The notes under the pieces: generated by a model | The model's input: only the letters and a program-made list of their open reading frames with translations | Database searches by the model: none | Told to the model about the DNA's origin: nothing | Translations under genes and position numbers: made by a program | In this document: positions 1 to 6,572 of the stretch, piece by piece | Layout of the letters: the number at the start of each line of letters is the position of its first letter | Position numbering within the stretch: position 1 is the stretch's first letter | IMG/VR virus record: IMGVR_UViG_3300028070_000001 | Location: 1 to 54,435 of that record | DNA from: a virus | Taxonomy: Duplodnaviria; Caudoviricetes | Direction: 5' to 3' (one strand) | Length of the DNA stretch: 54,435 nt

Positions 1-94
1 CTCATTATCTCTCCAATCATCAGCCGCGCTTGAGTGTCGTGGTCACCCGTTATCGCGGTTCTGTCGGTCGTACATCCACATCAACGCCGATCTT

Positions 95-171
95 TGGATG
101 GGAAGGAAAGTCTCGAACTTTCTGCCTCTAGGTTCAGGGCCTAGCGTTCATACCTGTTGAACTTCTTCCCA
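95..171 (-). tRNA. trnQ: tRNA-Gln(CTG), atypical C33
   Basis: Cloverleaf TGGGAAG...CTTCCCA-T-CCA; anticodon arm CTAGG-CCCTGAA-CCTAG; T arm GAAAG-TTCGAGA-CTTTC; encoded CCA. Confidence 0.9.
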
Positions 172-179
172 ACTTAAAC

Positions 180-254
180 TGGCTGTGCAGGCGAGAGTCG
201 GACTCGCATCTTTTTGATTAACGATCAAAAGCATTACCGTTATGCTACCGCACA
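180..254 (-). tRNA. trnN: tRNA-Asn(GTT), atypical C33 and TCC T-loop
   Basis: TGTGCGG...CTGCACA-G-CCA; anticodon arm TTTGA-TCGTTAA-TCAAA; T arm GCGAG-TCCGACT-CTCGC. Confidence 0.88.
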
Positions 255-259
255 ATGCA

Positions 260-288
260 GAGGCCCCAAACTTTTGTCTGGGGCCTCA
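260..288 (-). terminator. Attenuator hairpin directly upstream of tRNA-Asn
   Basis: GAGGCCCCAGAC-AAAA-GTTTGGGGCCTC; U-tract weak (TGCATT); 5' arm complementary to GGGGCCTCA at 321-329. Confidence 0.6.
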
Positions 289-328
289 GTGTTTACTGCT
301 CTTATTATGGGGTAAGTCTTTGAGGCCC

Positions 329-400
329 CTATCCAGCACACGCATGATTACCGGCTGGTTGTGTCGGTGTCGTCGCTGCGGTCTGGAATCGGTTTCTCAT
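329..400 (-). CDS. Putative leader (attenuator) peptide MRNRFQTAATTPTQPAGNHACAG, 23 aa
   Basis: ATG at the predicted transcription start of a sigma70-like promoter; stop codon overlaps the antiterminator segment; below the ORF track cutoff. Confidence 0.65.
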   Translation of the reverse strand: MRNRFQTAATTPTQPAGNHACAG

Positions 401-407
401 GTTTTTC

Positions 408-436
408 ACTGTACCAACTTCTTTCGGTGTTGTCAA
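408..436 (-). promoter_or_regulatory. Sigma70-like promoter for leader peptide and Asn/Gln tRNA operon
   Basis: TTGACA-17 bp-TACAGT, 7 nt upstream of the ATG at 400. Confidence 0.75.
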
Positions 437-451
437 GAACTATTTTAAAAC

Positions 452-598
452 TTTGCGCGGTCCAGAACTGTCGTCCAGGATTTCTTCATCGTGACACTCC
501 GTAGACTTCCGGCCTAAGAAGATTGGCTACCGACTCTTCGCGTTTCTACGGGTCGCCCCGTCGATAGCTTTGCGTGTCCATCCACGCCGCCGCGCAAA
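452..598 (-). ncRNA. tRNA-like / Y-RNA-like structured RNA
   Basis: Closing stem TTTGCGCGG/CCGCGCAAA; D-arm-like GCGT-GGATGGAC-ACGC; internal stem CCGTAGA/TCTACGG; 3' hairpin just before the closing strand. Confidence 0.55.
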
Positions 599-599
599 C

Positions 600-740
600 T
601 CATAAACTTTGTACCCACAACAAGAATATCAGAATCGACAACCAGAACAGCTTCTTCAGAAACTTAATTACTAATCCTAGCGCGATCTCGGTTCTCGTTA
701 TAGGCATAATCTTTGGACCGGGCGTAAGGTTTAGCCTCAC
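600..740 (-). CDS. Small hydrophobic (membrane) protein, 46 aa
   Basis: GTG-start ORF ending LFWLSILIFLLWVQSL, co-oriented with the tRNAs. Confidence 0.35.
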   Translation of the reverse strand: MRLNLTPGPKIMPITRTEIALGLVIKFLKKLFWLSILIFLLWVQSL

Positions 741-796
741 TCTGCTTCCCCATAGGCTATCCATGGAATCCTATAGGTGCTTTCTACCCGGATACT

Positions 797-871
797 TGGT
801 AGCGAGTATGGAATTTGAATCCATGTACCAGCCTTGAAGGGGCCGTATCCTAACCACTAGATGAACTCGCC
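797..871 (-). tRNA. trnE: tRNA-Glu(TTC), atypical C33
   Basis: GGCGAGT...ACTCGCT-A-CCA; anticodon arm CGGCC-CCTTCAA-GGCTG; T loop TTCAAAT. Confidence 0.9.
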
Positions 872-878
872 ACAAACT

Positions 879-1148
879 CTACTTTGCCACAAAACCTTCT
901 TTTTTTGTCCAAATCGCAGGACCAATGTTGCTAGTCCTAATCGTGCTAGTATCAATTCCAGACTTCTCAACCAGTTCATCAAAGTCTTCCTTCGACATTG
1001 TGACCACTTCTTGAATCCCACATTTATCTACGCACTCGTGGTGTTTACGCAAGTCTCTTTCGGAAGCATAAATAGTGTTTCCACCCGATGCTTCTCCTAG
1101 TTCCCAATCGAAATCTACGGCGCACATCCATCCCGGTACTGCTCTCAT
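879..1148 (-). CDS. Hypothetical phage protein, 89 aa
   Basis: ORF with RBS CAGGAGAG, filling the gap between tRNA-Asp and tRNA-Glu. Confidence 0.7.
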   Translation of the reverse strand: MRAVPGWMCAVDFDWELGEASGGNTIYASERDLRKHHECVDKCGIQEVVTMSKEDFDELVEKSGIDTSTIRTSNIGPAIWTKKEGFVAK

Positions 1149-1166
1149 TTAACTCTCCTGTTATCA

Positions 1167-1240
1167 TGGCGGTGACGACGGAAATTGAATCCGCATCCAT
1201 TCCCGTGACAAGGGAAGACTTTACGTTAAGCTACGTCACC
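1167..1240 (-). tRNA. trnD: tRNA-Asp(GTC)
   Basis: GGTGACG...CGTCACC-G-CCA; anticodon arm TTCCC-TTGTCAC-GGGAA. Confidence 0.92.
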
Positions 1241-1248
1241 AAACTCTA

Positions 1249-2070
1249 GTGCTCCGTGCGGTGTTAGGAATTAGAACTAGGGACCGATTTTCCTAATTCA
1301 TCCTTCTCTTTTTTAAGAATTATCCATCGGACAGGATAATTCAAGAGCTTCCCATGCAACAGAGCACATATCGAACTTTGCCCTTTTCCCTCTCCGGGCC
1401 AGAGTTAAGGAGAAGTTACACGACTGAAAAACGAAGTATCATGTAACTACCGGGAACTTTTAGCAAGTCGTCCATACCGAGCATGGATCGTCCAAATAGC
1501 ATTTCTGCTTACCATCTCACCTTTGCTCCTCGGTAGACGGTATCTATCGACTTGCCAATTGCGCATCCGGGATACGTTATATCTGGTGATTTGCAACTCG
1601 CGTTTGTTGCTATCGTCCAGTATCCTAGCGTATAGCTCAAGTGGATTCAGCGTATCCCAGAAAACTTTTCATCGGGATAGGACTTTCACCTATCACTTTG
1701 TACCCTGCCGGAGCGCAGATTCATTCGTAGGTTTCCCATTTCTCCGCAACCATTTTGGTTTTCCAAAATAGATGATAAGAGTATCCCACTAGGCGTTCAT
1801 GTTCCGTCTTGCCGATGAAAACTGTGACCGTCTTTCCGGTCTGTCAGCCCTACTCGCGGGACCACGTTAGTGACCAAAATGCCGGTCGGATACAACCTAA
1901 TTGCATAGTGCAGGATTGGATACCTGCCGAGTGGTCGCCCGATTATTACATGGAACGGAGCCATGCCCCCACCACGCGTAATTGCTCCGCGTGAACTCAC
2001 GACTATGCAAACTCTGCGGGGATGGACCACTCCCAACCCCGATGCACCGATTCTATATGGTCGGTGGTTA
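1249..2070 (-). ncRNA. About 820-nt tract of tandem structured RNA modules
   Basis: Successive closing stems at 1249-1367 (GTGCTCTGT/ACGGAGCAC), 1414-1448, 1462-1556 (GCAAGTCG/CGACTTGC), 1567-1660 (CTGGGATACG/CGTATCCCGG), 1666-1821 (TTTTCATCGG/CCGATGAAAA) and 1901-2010 (TTGCATAGT/ACTATGCAA); no convincing ORF. Confidence 0.65.
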
Positions 2071-2073
2071 ATC

Positions 2074-2150
2074 TGGTTGCAGGCGCACGCTCCGACCGTG
2101 CCGATGTGTGCGTTATGAGCGCACCGAGACGCCTTTTCTCCATGCCTGCG
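2074..2150 (-). tRNA. tRNA-Met(CAT), initiator-like (C1:A72 mismatch), divergent T loop
   Basis: CGCAGGC...GCCTGCA-A-CCA; anticodon arm GTGCG-CTCATAA-CGCAC; T arm GCACG-GTCGGAG-CGTGC. Confidence 0.8.
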
Positions 2151-2156
2151 AATTAA

Positions 2157-2185
2157 ACAATAGCGCATTCCGATTTACTTGTCAA
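2157..2185 (-). promoter_or_regulatory. Sigma70-like promoter for the tRNA-Met/ncRNA/Asp/Glu transcript
   Basis: TTGACA-17 bp-TATTGT. Confidence 0.7.
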
Positions 2186-2198
2186 GATAAATCTGCGC

Positions 2199-2603
2199 TT
2201 ATTTGATGATTCCTTGTGAAAACGCCTTTCCTCTGTTTGGTTCGGGAGACAGGATATACTCTTTATCAAATACCCATTCCGCATCAGGATAGGAGCGCTC
2301 TAAAATACTGCAATGAGCATCGTCAAAAGACTTACGCATTATGTGCTTTACGGCTTTATTTTGCTCCTTATTAGGAATCGACGCATCTATTGTCCCTAGC
2401 ACAGAAGCAAGAAGAACACGCAAATTAGGTACAACTATTCCGTTGACTATTTTGTTAACAATTGGGAATGATTCCTTTGTGGTGAGAATATCGCTTGCGG
2501 ATTCGTCTTCAATCGTTTCATGGATAATTTTGGAAGTACCATCTTCAAATATTACGGTGTCTGGGCAAATTGTGGATGGTTGAAATGCTAGAGGTAAGCT
2601 CAT
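2199..2603 (-). CDS. Hypothetical protein (likely start MSLPL at 2603)
   Basis: ORF track 2199..2672; AAGGGAAACC precedes the ATG at 2603. Confidence 0.65.
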   Translation of the reverse strand: MSLPLAFQPSTICPDTVIFEDGTSKIIHETIEDESASDILTTKESFPIVNKIVNGIVVPNLRVLLASVLGTIDASIPNKEQNKAVKHIMRKSFDDAHCSILERSYPDAEWVFDKEYILSPEPNRGKAFSQGIIK

Positions 2604-2701
2604 GGTTTCCCTTTCAAAGTTTCCGGTTGCTTTACGTCTTGCCGGAACGACGGAATGAAAACAGTGTAGCACAGAACCGATTTGTGGTGTATATTTATCT
2701 T

Positions 2702-3121
2702 ATGAAACCACGCGATTTGAACGAAAACAACTGGGATGTGAATGTAGCGGTCTTTGAAGCACCCTGCTTCGATGCCCGCATAACGGCTGATGGAAAGAAA
2801 ATTTGGTTCCGCGTATCCATCGGACTGTGCTTCGCCGATATTACGATACCGATCTCTGATTTTCGGAAGTCTGTTGACTTCATCAGCAAGTTCGACGTAG
2901 CCACATTAAAACCTGACGGTAATTCCGCAGGAAGAACGTTAGGCTCCTATTACATAGATATATCAAATTCCATCGGGTCATTCAGGCAGGGAAAGATTAA
3001 ATATAGGAAAACACCCGCTGTCGTGCTGATTGCACCATACAGCCAGAAGCGCAACCACAGCATTGCTTTGCGACTCAGCCTGTTTAAGAAAATCGTTCGC
3101 TGGTACAACTCGGATATTTAG
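2702..3121 (+). CDS. Hypothetical protein, opposite in orientation to the tRNA operons
   Basis: ORF track 2570..3121; ATG at 2702 avoids overlap with the neighbour. Confidence 0.55.
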   Translation: MKPRDLNENNWDVNVAVFEAPCFDARITADGKKIWFRVSIGLCFADITIPISDFRKSVDFISKFDVATLKPDGNSAGRTLGSYYIDISNSIGSFRQGKIKYRKTPAVVLIAPYSQKRNHSIALRLSLFKKIVRWYNSDI

Positions 3122-3123
3122 AC

Positions 3124-3215
3124 TGGTGCGTCGGGAAGGATTTTAACCTCCGGTGTTCACCGCTCTGGGTATCCGCTCTACAGGCGGACGCATTCAAACG
3201 CTCTGCCACCGACGC
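3124..3215 (-). tRNA. trnY: tRNA-Tyr(GTA)
   Basis: Anticodon arm TCCGC-CTGTAGA-GCGGA; long variable arm; CCA end. Confidence 0.9.
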
Positions 3216-3221
3216 ACATCA

Positions 3222-3310
3222 TGGAGGAGAGCAAGGTATCGAAACCTAATGCCATCGCTGACATTCCACGGGTTTCAGGTCCGTTTGGCTAACCCTAGCC
3301 GGTACTCTCC
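3222..3310 (-). tRNA. trnS: tRNA-Ser(TGA), atypical C33
   Basis: Anticodon loop CCTGAAA in ACGGA/CCCGT stem; long variable arm; CCA end. Confidence 0.8.
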
Positions 3311-3316
3311 AAACTA

Positions 3317-3402
3317 TGGCGGATGGTTGAGAAATCGAATCCCCTTCCTTTCGGAAGCCTCCTGCTTTCGAGGCAGGCTGAGTACCTTACTCAGAACCAT
3401 CC
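3317..3402 (-). tRNA. trnS: tRNA-Ser(CGA)
   Basis: CCTGC-CTCGAAA-GCAGG; variable arm CTTCC-GAAA-GGAAG; GCCA end. Confidence 0.88.
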
Positions 3403-3407
3403 GTAAC

Positions 3408-3494
3408 TGGCGGGAAGCATACCAATCGAAGGCAACTCCTTGCGGAGCCAACGGTTTTCCAATCCGTGCCGTAGACCTCTACGGTTTACTTCCC
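3408..3494 (-). tRNA. trnS: tRNA-Ser(GGA)
   Basis: ACGGA-TTGGAAA-ACCGT; variable arm CTCC-GCAA-GGAG; GCCA end. Confidence 0.85.
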
Positions 3495-3499
3495 AAAAA

Positions 3500-3586
3500 T
3501 GGAGGAGAGCCAGTCGCACGATGACTATTCCCGCAGGAACCAATCGATTAGCAGTCGATGCCTACAACCTTATAGGTTGACTCTCC
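3500..3586 (-). tRNA. trnS: tRNA-Ser(GCT)
   Basis: ATCGA-CTGCTAA-TCGAT; long variable arm; divergent T loop ATCGTGC. Confidence 0.82.
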
Positions 3587-3593
3587 GTAAATC

Positions 3594-3680
3594 TGGTGCC
3601 GGTCGGGGGACTTGAACCCCCATACCAATTAAGGCGCTCCGCCTTGAACGGAGTGTGTCTGCGAATTCCACCAGACCGGC
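3594..3680 (-). tRNA. trnL: tRNA-Leu(CAA)
   Basis: CTCCG-TTCAAGG-CGGAG; T arm GGGGG-TTCAAGT-CCCCC; ACCA end. Confidence 0.92.
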
Positions 3681-3692
3681 AATACTAAACTA

Positions 3693-3783
3693 TGGTAGCC
3701 CCGGAGAGATTCGAACTCTCAATGTCGCTGTTCGCAACGCTGGTTCCTAAGGCCAGTGCCTGGACCAATCCGGCGTCGGGGCC
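3693..3783 (-). tRNA. trnL: tRNA-Leu(TAG)
   Basis: CTGGC-CTTAGGA-ACCAG; T arm GAGAG-TTCGAAT-CTCTC. Confidence 0.9.
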
Positions 3784-3796
3784 ACAACTTAAACTA

Positions 3797-3870
3797 TGGA
3801 GAGCACGGCCAGAATAGAACTGGCGTAAACGGATTTGCAGTCCGCTGCATAACCACTCTGCTACGCGCTC
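3797..3870 (-). tRNA. trnC: tRNA-Cys(GCA)
   Basis: GCGGA-CTGCAAA-TCCGT; U73 discriminator; CCA end. Confidence 0.93.
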
Positions 3871-3871
3871 A

Positions 3872-3960
3872 TGGTGCGGGAAGTCGGACTCTAACCGACA
3901 CGGGATTTAACTCCCAAAGGGGTTTAGGCCCTTCATGTCTAACAGTTCCATCATTCCCGC
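3872..3960 (-). tRNA. trnL: tRNA-Leu(TAA), atypical C33
   Basis: AAGGG-CCTAAAC-CCCTT; long variable arm; A73-CCA. Confidence 0.85.
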
Positions 3961-3995
3961 ACAAAACAAAAGCCCCTGAATCTCTTCAGAGGCTT
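3961..3995 (-). terminator. Intrinsic terminator (attenuator) immediately upstream of the Leu/Cys/Ser/Tyr tRNA cluster
   Basis: AAGCCTCTGAA-GAGA-TTCAGGGGCTT followed by TTGTTTTGT. Confidence 0.8.
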
Positions 3996-4022
3996 GTCGA
4001 ACGAATCTTTTTGAGACTCAGT

Positions 4023-4091
4023 TCAAACACGCCTCCAAATTGCCAATGACAGGCAATATGACGATAGCGATAAACTGAGAGTATTTTCCAT
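4023..4091 (-). CDS. Putative leader (attenuator) peptide MENTLSLSLSSYCLSLAIWRRV, 22 aa
   Basis: 12 consecutive Leu/Ser/Tyr/Cys codons; 3' end complementary to the terminator 5' arm; promoter just upstream. Confidence 0.75.
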   Translation of the reverse strand: MENTLSLSLSSYCLSLAIWRRV

Positions 4092-4100
4092 ATCAAAACC

Positions 4101-4129
4101 AGTGTTTCACGGATTCAAGATGTTGTCAA
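4101..4129 (-). promoter_or_regulatory. Sigma70-like promoter for leader peptide and tRNA cluster
   Basis: TTGACA-17 bp-AACACT (weak -10), 9 nt upstream of the ATG at 4091. Confidence 0.55.
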
Positions 4130-4132
4130 GTC

Positions 4133-4402
4133 CTATTGTGCAATGTTTTTCTGCGTCCACTTCGGGCGAAACGGTTCCCTGTTCTGCGGCTTACCATACA
4201 TGCCAATATACGGCCTTGCCACAAAACTGGTCGCATGTGTGTTGTGGGACTCAAAGCGCAGTCCCTTGACTGGTGTGCATCCTTGTCCTTCCCTCGCTCC
4301 ACATACGGGGCACCAAAGGGATAGACGACTCGTGCAATAGTGCGTTTGAATTTCAATTTCCACTGTTTTCCTCCTCAGTACGGCGAGGTGCAAGAACATC
4401 AT
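4133..4402 (-). CDS. Small zinc-finger-like protein (start uncertain)
   Basis: CPVCGAREGQGC...H motif. Confidence 0.45.
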   Translation of the reverse strand: MMFLHLAVLRRKTVEIEIQTHYCTSRLSLWCPVCGAREGQGCTPVKGLRFESHNTHATSFVARPYIGMYGKPQNREPFRPKWTQKNIAQ

Positions 4403-4550
4403 CGGTTACTATCTCGCCCTCCAACTCCTCGATTGCCTCTTGAATCTGTGCCTTGACTATCTGTGCAAAGACCGCTCCACCCTTTACTACGTTGTCGCAA
4501 TTGACCTCAGCACATCGAAGAATTTCTACTACTTTTTCCGTGTCAATCAT
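4353..4550 (-). CDS. Hypothetical protein
   Basis: ORF with AGGAGAG RBS in a tightly packed operon. Confidence 0.65.
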   Translation of the reverse strand: MIDTEKVVEILRCAEVNCDNVVKGGAVFAQIVKAQIQEAIEELEGEIVTDDVLAPRRTEEENSGN

Positions 4551-4559
4551 TCTCTCTCC

Positions 4560-4832
4560 TTAGTCTGGAAACTTCACTAAATCTGGATTCTCCTGTTGCC
4601 AATCGATAAATTTCTCTGCAAACTTCAGAATTTCATCCGATTGCTCGTACAGAGAATCAGCCAAATCAAATTCCTTGCGAATCAAAGCCTTATTGGCTTC
4701 CTTCTTCAATAGATGACTATAACCTGCAACAGCAGCAGGACTTAGTTTGTCCTGAGCGCGAATGAAAAACCATGGTTCGCCAGGATTCAGTTTTGACAAT
4801 GGGTTAACATCTGCGTACTTTGGAGTCTTCAT
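4560..4832 (-). CDS. Hypothetical phage protein (EPxFxxRAQD motif)
   Basis: ORF overlapping the upstream stop by ATGA. Confidence 0.75.
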   Translation of the reverse strand: MKTPKYADVNPLSKLNPGEPWFFIRAQDKLSPAAVAGYSHLLKKEANKALIRKEFDLADSLYEQSDEILKFAEKFIDWQQENPDLVKFPD

Positions 4833-5281
4833 TTCGTCCTCGCCTCAAGCATTGAATCTGCCCACTCGTAAGCGTGTTTGCACGTACCGCTCATTGACTC
4901 TGGTTTCTGCACCCAGAACTCATCGAACGAGTTCGAGAATAGACCCTGCATCGCCGCCATAGCGAACTGGTCGCGCAGTGTAGCGCGTGGCTCCATCGCC
5001 GTGAATATCGGTTGAGGTAAATCGTCAGAAAACCCCATCCGCTCGTTAGGACCAATATTTGAGGTGTCGTACATAAGCGGAGGATTGAGAACAACCTTCA
5101 GTTTCTCATTCAGTTCGGCCAACTGTGCGGCAACTTCGGCCAGCAGAGATAGTTTCACCGAATCAACTCCGAATCGGTGCTCCTTATCTGATTTTGTTTC
5201 GTTGATTTCCTTTTGGCAATCATGATTCAGTGATCTAATTTCTTCAGCGTTCATTTCTTCTCCCCTTCTTTCTCCCATCAA
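4829..5281 (-). CDS. Hypothetical phage protein with TLRDQFAMAAMQG motif
   Basis: C-terminal LRDxFAxxAMQG...AYxxADxML motif common in small phage early proteins. Confidence 0.75.
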   Translation of the reverse strand: MMGERRGEEMNAEEIRSLNHDCQKEINETKSDKEHRFGVDSVKLSLLAEVAAQLAELNEKLKVVLNPPLMYDTSNIGPNERMGFSDDLPQPIFTAMEPRATLRDQFAMAAMQGLFSNSFDEFWVQKPESMSGTCKHAYEWADSMLEARTK

Positions 5282-5685
5282 AATGGTATTCCGTCAGGAA
5301 ATTTCTCAAGTTCAAACCGCTTTACTTCCTCAGCGTAGTCGAAATCCGTCCACTTTTCCTCGTCCCACATATCTTTGTCCACAGCCATCTTAGCAGCCAA
5401 CATGCAGAGTGGGCAACCTTGCGCTAGTCTTCGGAGCGTGTCAATGTCTCCATACCAGCTTTCCGTATCTTCGTCTAGGTAGTAGCTAAGAGGATGCTGT
5501 GTCAAACCATGTTCCTTGCACTTTCCGCAAACGCGGTCAGGATTCTTCAGACAAAGAACCTCGTGATGCAGGCATTTCTTCTTCTCCCAAAATCCCTTGT
5601 TGCAATGGTCGCACAGATAGCGCAGTACATTCCTTGACTTCATCTTTTCTCTCCCATTCCCATGCCCAATCTTGCGTATCAACAA
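5278..5685 (-). CDS. Cys-rich (C2H2-like zinc-binding) hypothetical protein
   Basis: YLCDHCNKGF...HHEVLC, CGKC and CPLC motifs; likely start MKSRN near 5643. Confidence 0.65.
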   Translation of the reverse strand: MLIRKIGHGNGREKMKSRNVLRYLCDHCNKGFWEKKKCLHHEVLCLKNPDRVCGKCKEHGLTQHPLSYYLDEDTESWYGDIDTLRRLAQGCPLCMLAAKMAVDKDMWDEEKWTDFDYAEEVKRFELEKFPDGIPF

Positions 5686-5887
5686 TTAAAAACGGTGGTT
5701 TACCATGCCAGTACGGCGATGGCTTATCGGGATACTCTAATGCGTAGAATCCTGTCGCAACCTCCACTTTACCATCAACGGTGTGCAGCCAACTTCCATC
5801 AGGATACTCGGCGCTAGGCTTCATGACGCGATCTTCTACAGATACGTATCCCTGTCCTACGTCGATTCCTGCTGTGTAGCCGCTCAC
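5537..5887 (-). CDS. Hypothetical protein
   Basis: ORF track; overlaps the downstream gene. Confidence 0.45.
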   Translation of the reverse strand: MSGYTAGIDVGQGYVSVEDRVMKPSAEYPDGSWLHTVDGKVEVATGFYALEYPDKPSPYWHGKPPFLIVDTQDWAWEWERKDEVKECTALSVRPLQQGILGEEEMPASRGSLSEES

Positions 5888-6186
5888 TTCACCTTCTCCT
5901 CGTGTTTAAACTCAAACTTAAATCCGCATGTCTGGCAAGACGCATAGTATCCAACTGAGAATTCTCCATTATGGATACCTACACTATAATCCTCTCGTAG
6001 GGAGGAACAAAACGAATCGTCACTCGCTATAGACTTACGAAACGATATTGCCTGTTCTCTCAATTCATCAAAATTTTCAGCAGACACATTTCCGTAGGAC
6101 TCTGAAGCAAGTTTTTCCAGTTCTTCCGCTATCGCTTTGTTCCTTACGTAGCATTGAGGACATTGTGTCCATCTATCAGCGCTCAT
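5884..6186 (-). CDS. Zinc-ribbon hypothetical protein
   Basis: CPQC...CQTC motifs, RBS GGAGG. Confidence 0.75.
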   Translation of the reverse strand: MSADRWTQCPQCYVRNKAIAEELEKLASESYGNVSAENFDELREQAISFRKSIASDDSFCSSLREDYSVGIHNGEFSVGYYASCQTCGFKFEFKHEEKVK

Positions 6187-6490
6187 TGTTTTCCTCCTGT
6201 TCCTTTATCGAACCATCTTCGTTATCCTCTAGCACTCCTTGAATCACCACATCTTGAGAATCATCCATTATTAGAGGATGACCTCTGTGATTCCAGAGAA
6301 ACTGTTTGAGTTCTTCCATAGCCTCTTTCTCTCCCGAATAGAAGCAGAACGGAGGATCGCTATTCTGACTTTGCCCTACCCAAACATAACCTTTACAGCG
6401 GGAGCAAGCAAGATAATACGAATCGCTCATGGCTTCACAAACTCCCGTATCTCTTCCCAATCGTAGATAGGAGAAATCCATCCAAGACAA
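6176..6490 (-). CDS. Hypothetical protein (CxxC...H)
   Basis: ORF track; likely start MSDSYY near 6430. Confidence 0.6.
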   Translation of the reverse strand: MSWMDFSYLRLGRDTGVCEAMSDSYYLACSRCKGYVWVGQSQNSDPPFCFYSGEKEAMEELKQFLWNHRGHPLIMDDSQDVVIQGVLEDNEDGSIKEQEENNER

Positions 6491-6572
6491 GCGATATTTC
6501 CATCCTTGTCTGATTCCAAGATAGGACTAAGTTCTGGATGATTTTCAAGATCATGTTTTATGCTAGATTCGC

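Noticed and set aside
1249-2070. Assignment to GOLLD, ROOL, tmRNA, group I intron or a known riboswitch
   Set aside because: No diagnostic motif could be confirmed by eye; needs a covariance-model search
1523-2168. ORFs 1523..1771, 1797..2168 and 1809..1994 as proteins
   Set aside because: They overlap tRNA-Met or strongly base-paired modules, with no RBS or recognisable motifs
3872-3960. Amber suppressor tRNA (CTA within loop CCTAAAC) or stop-codon recoding
   Set aside because: In the 7-nt loop the anticodon position reads TAA; long genes are intact in the standard code and TAG is used as a stop
3153-4049. Plus-strand ORFs 3153..3524 and 3756..4049
   Set aside because: Antisense to the tRNA genes
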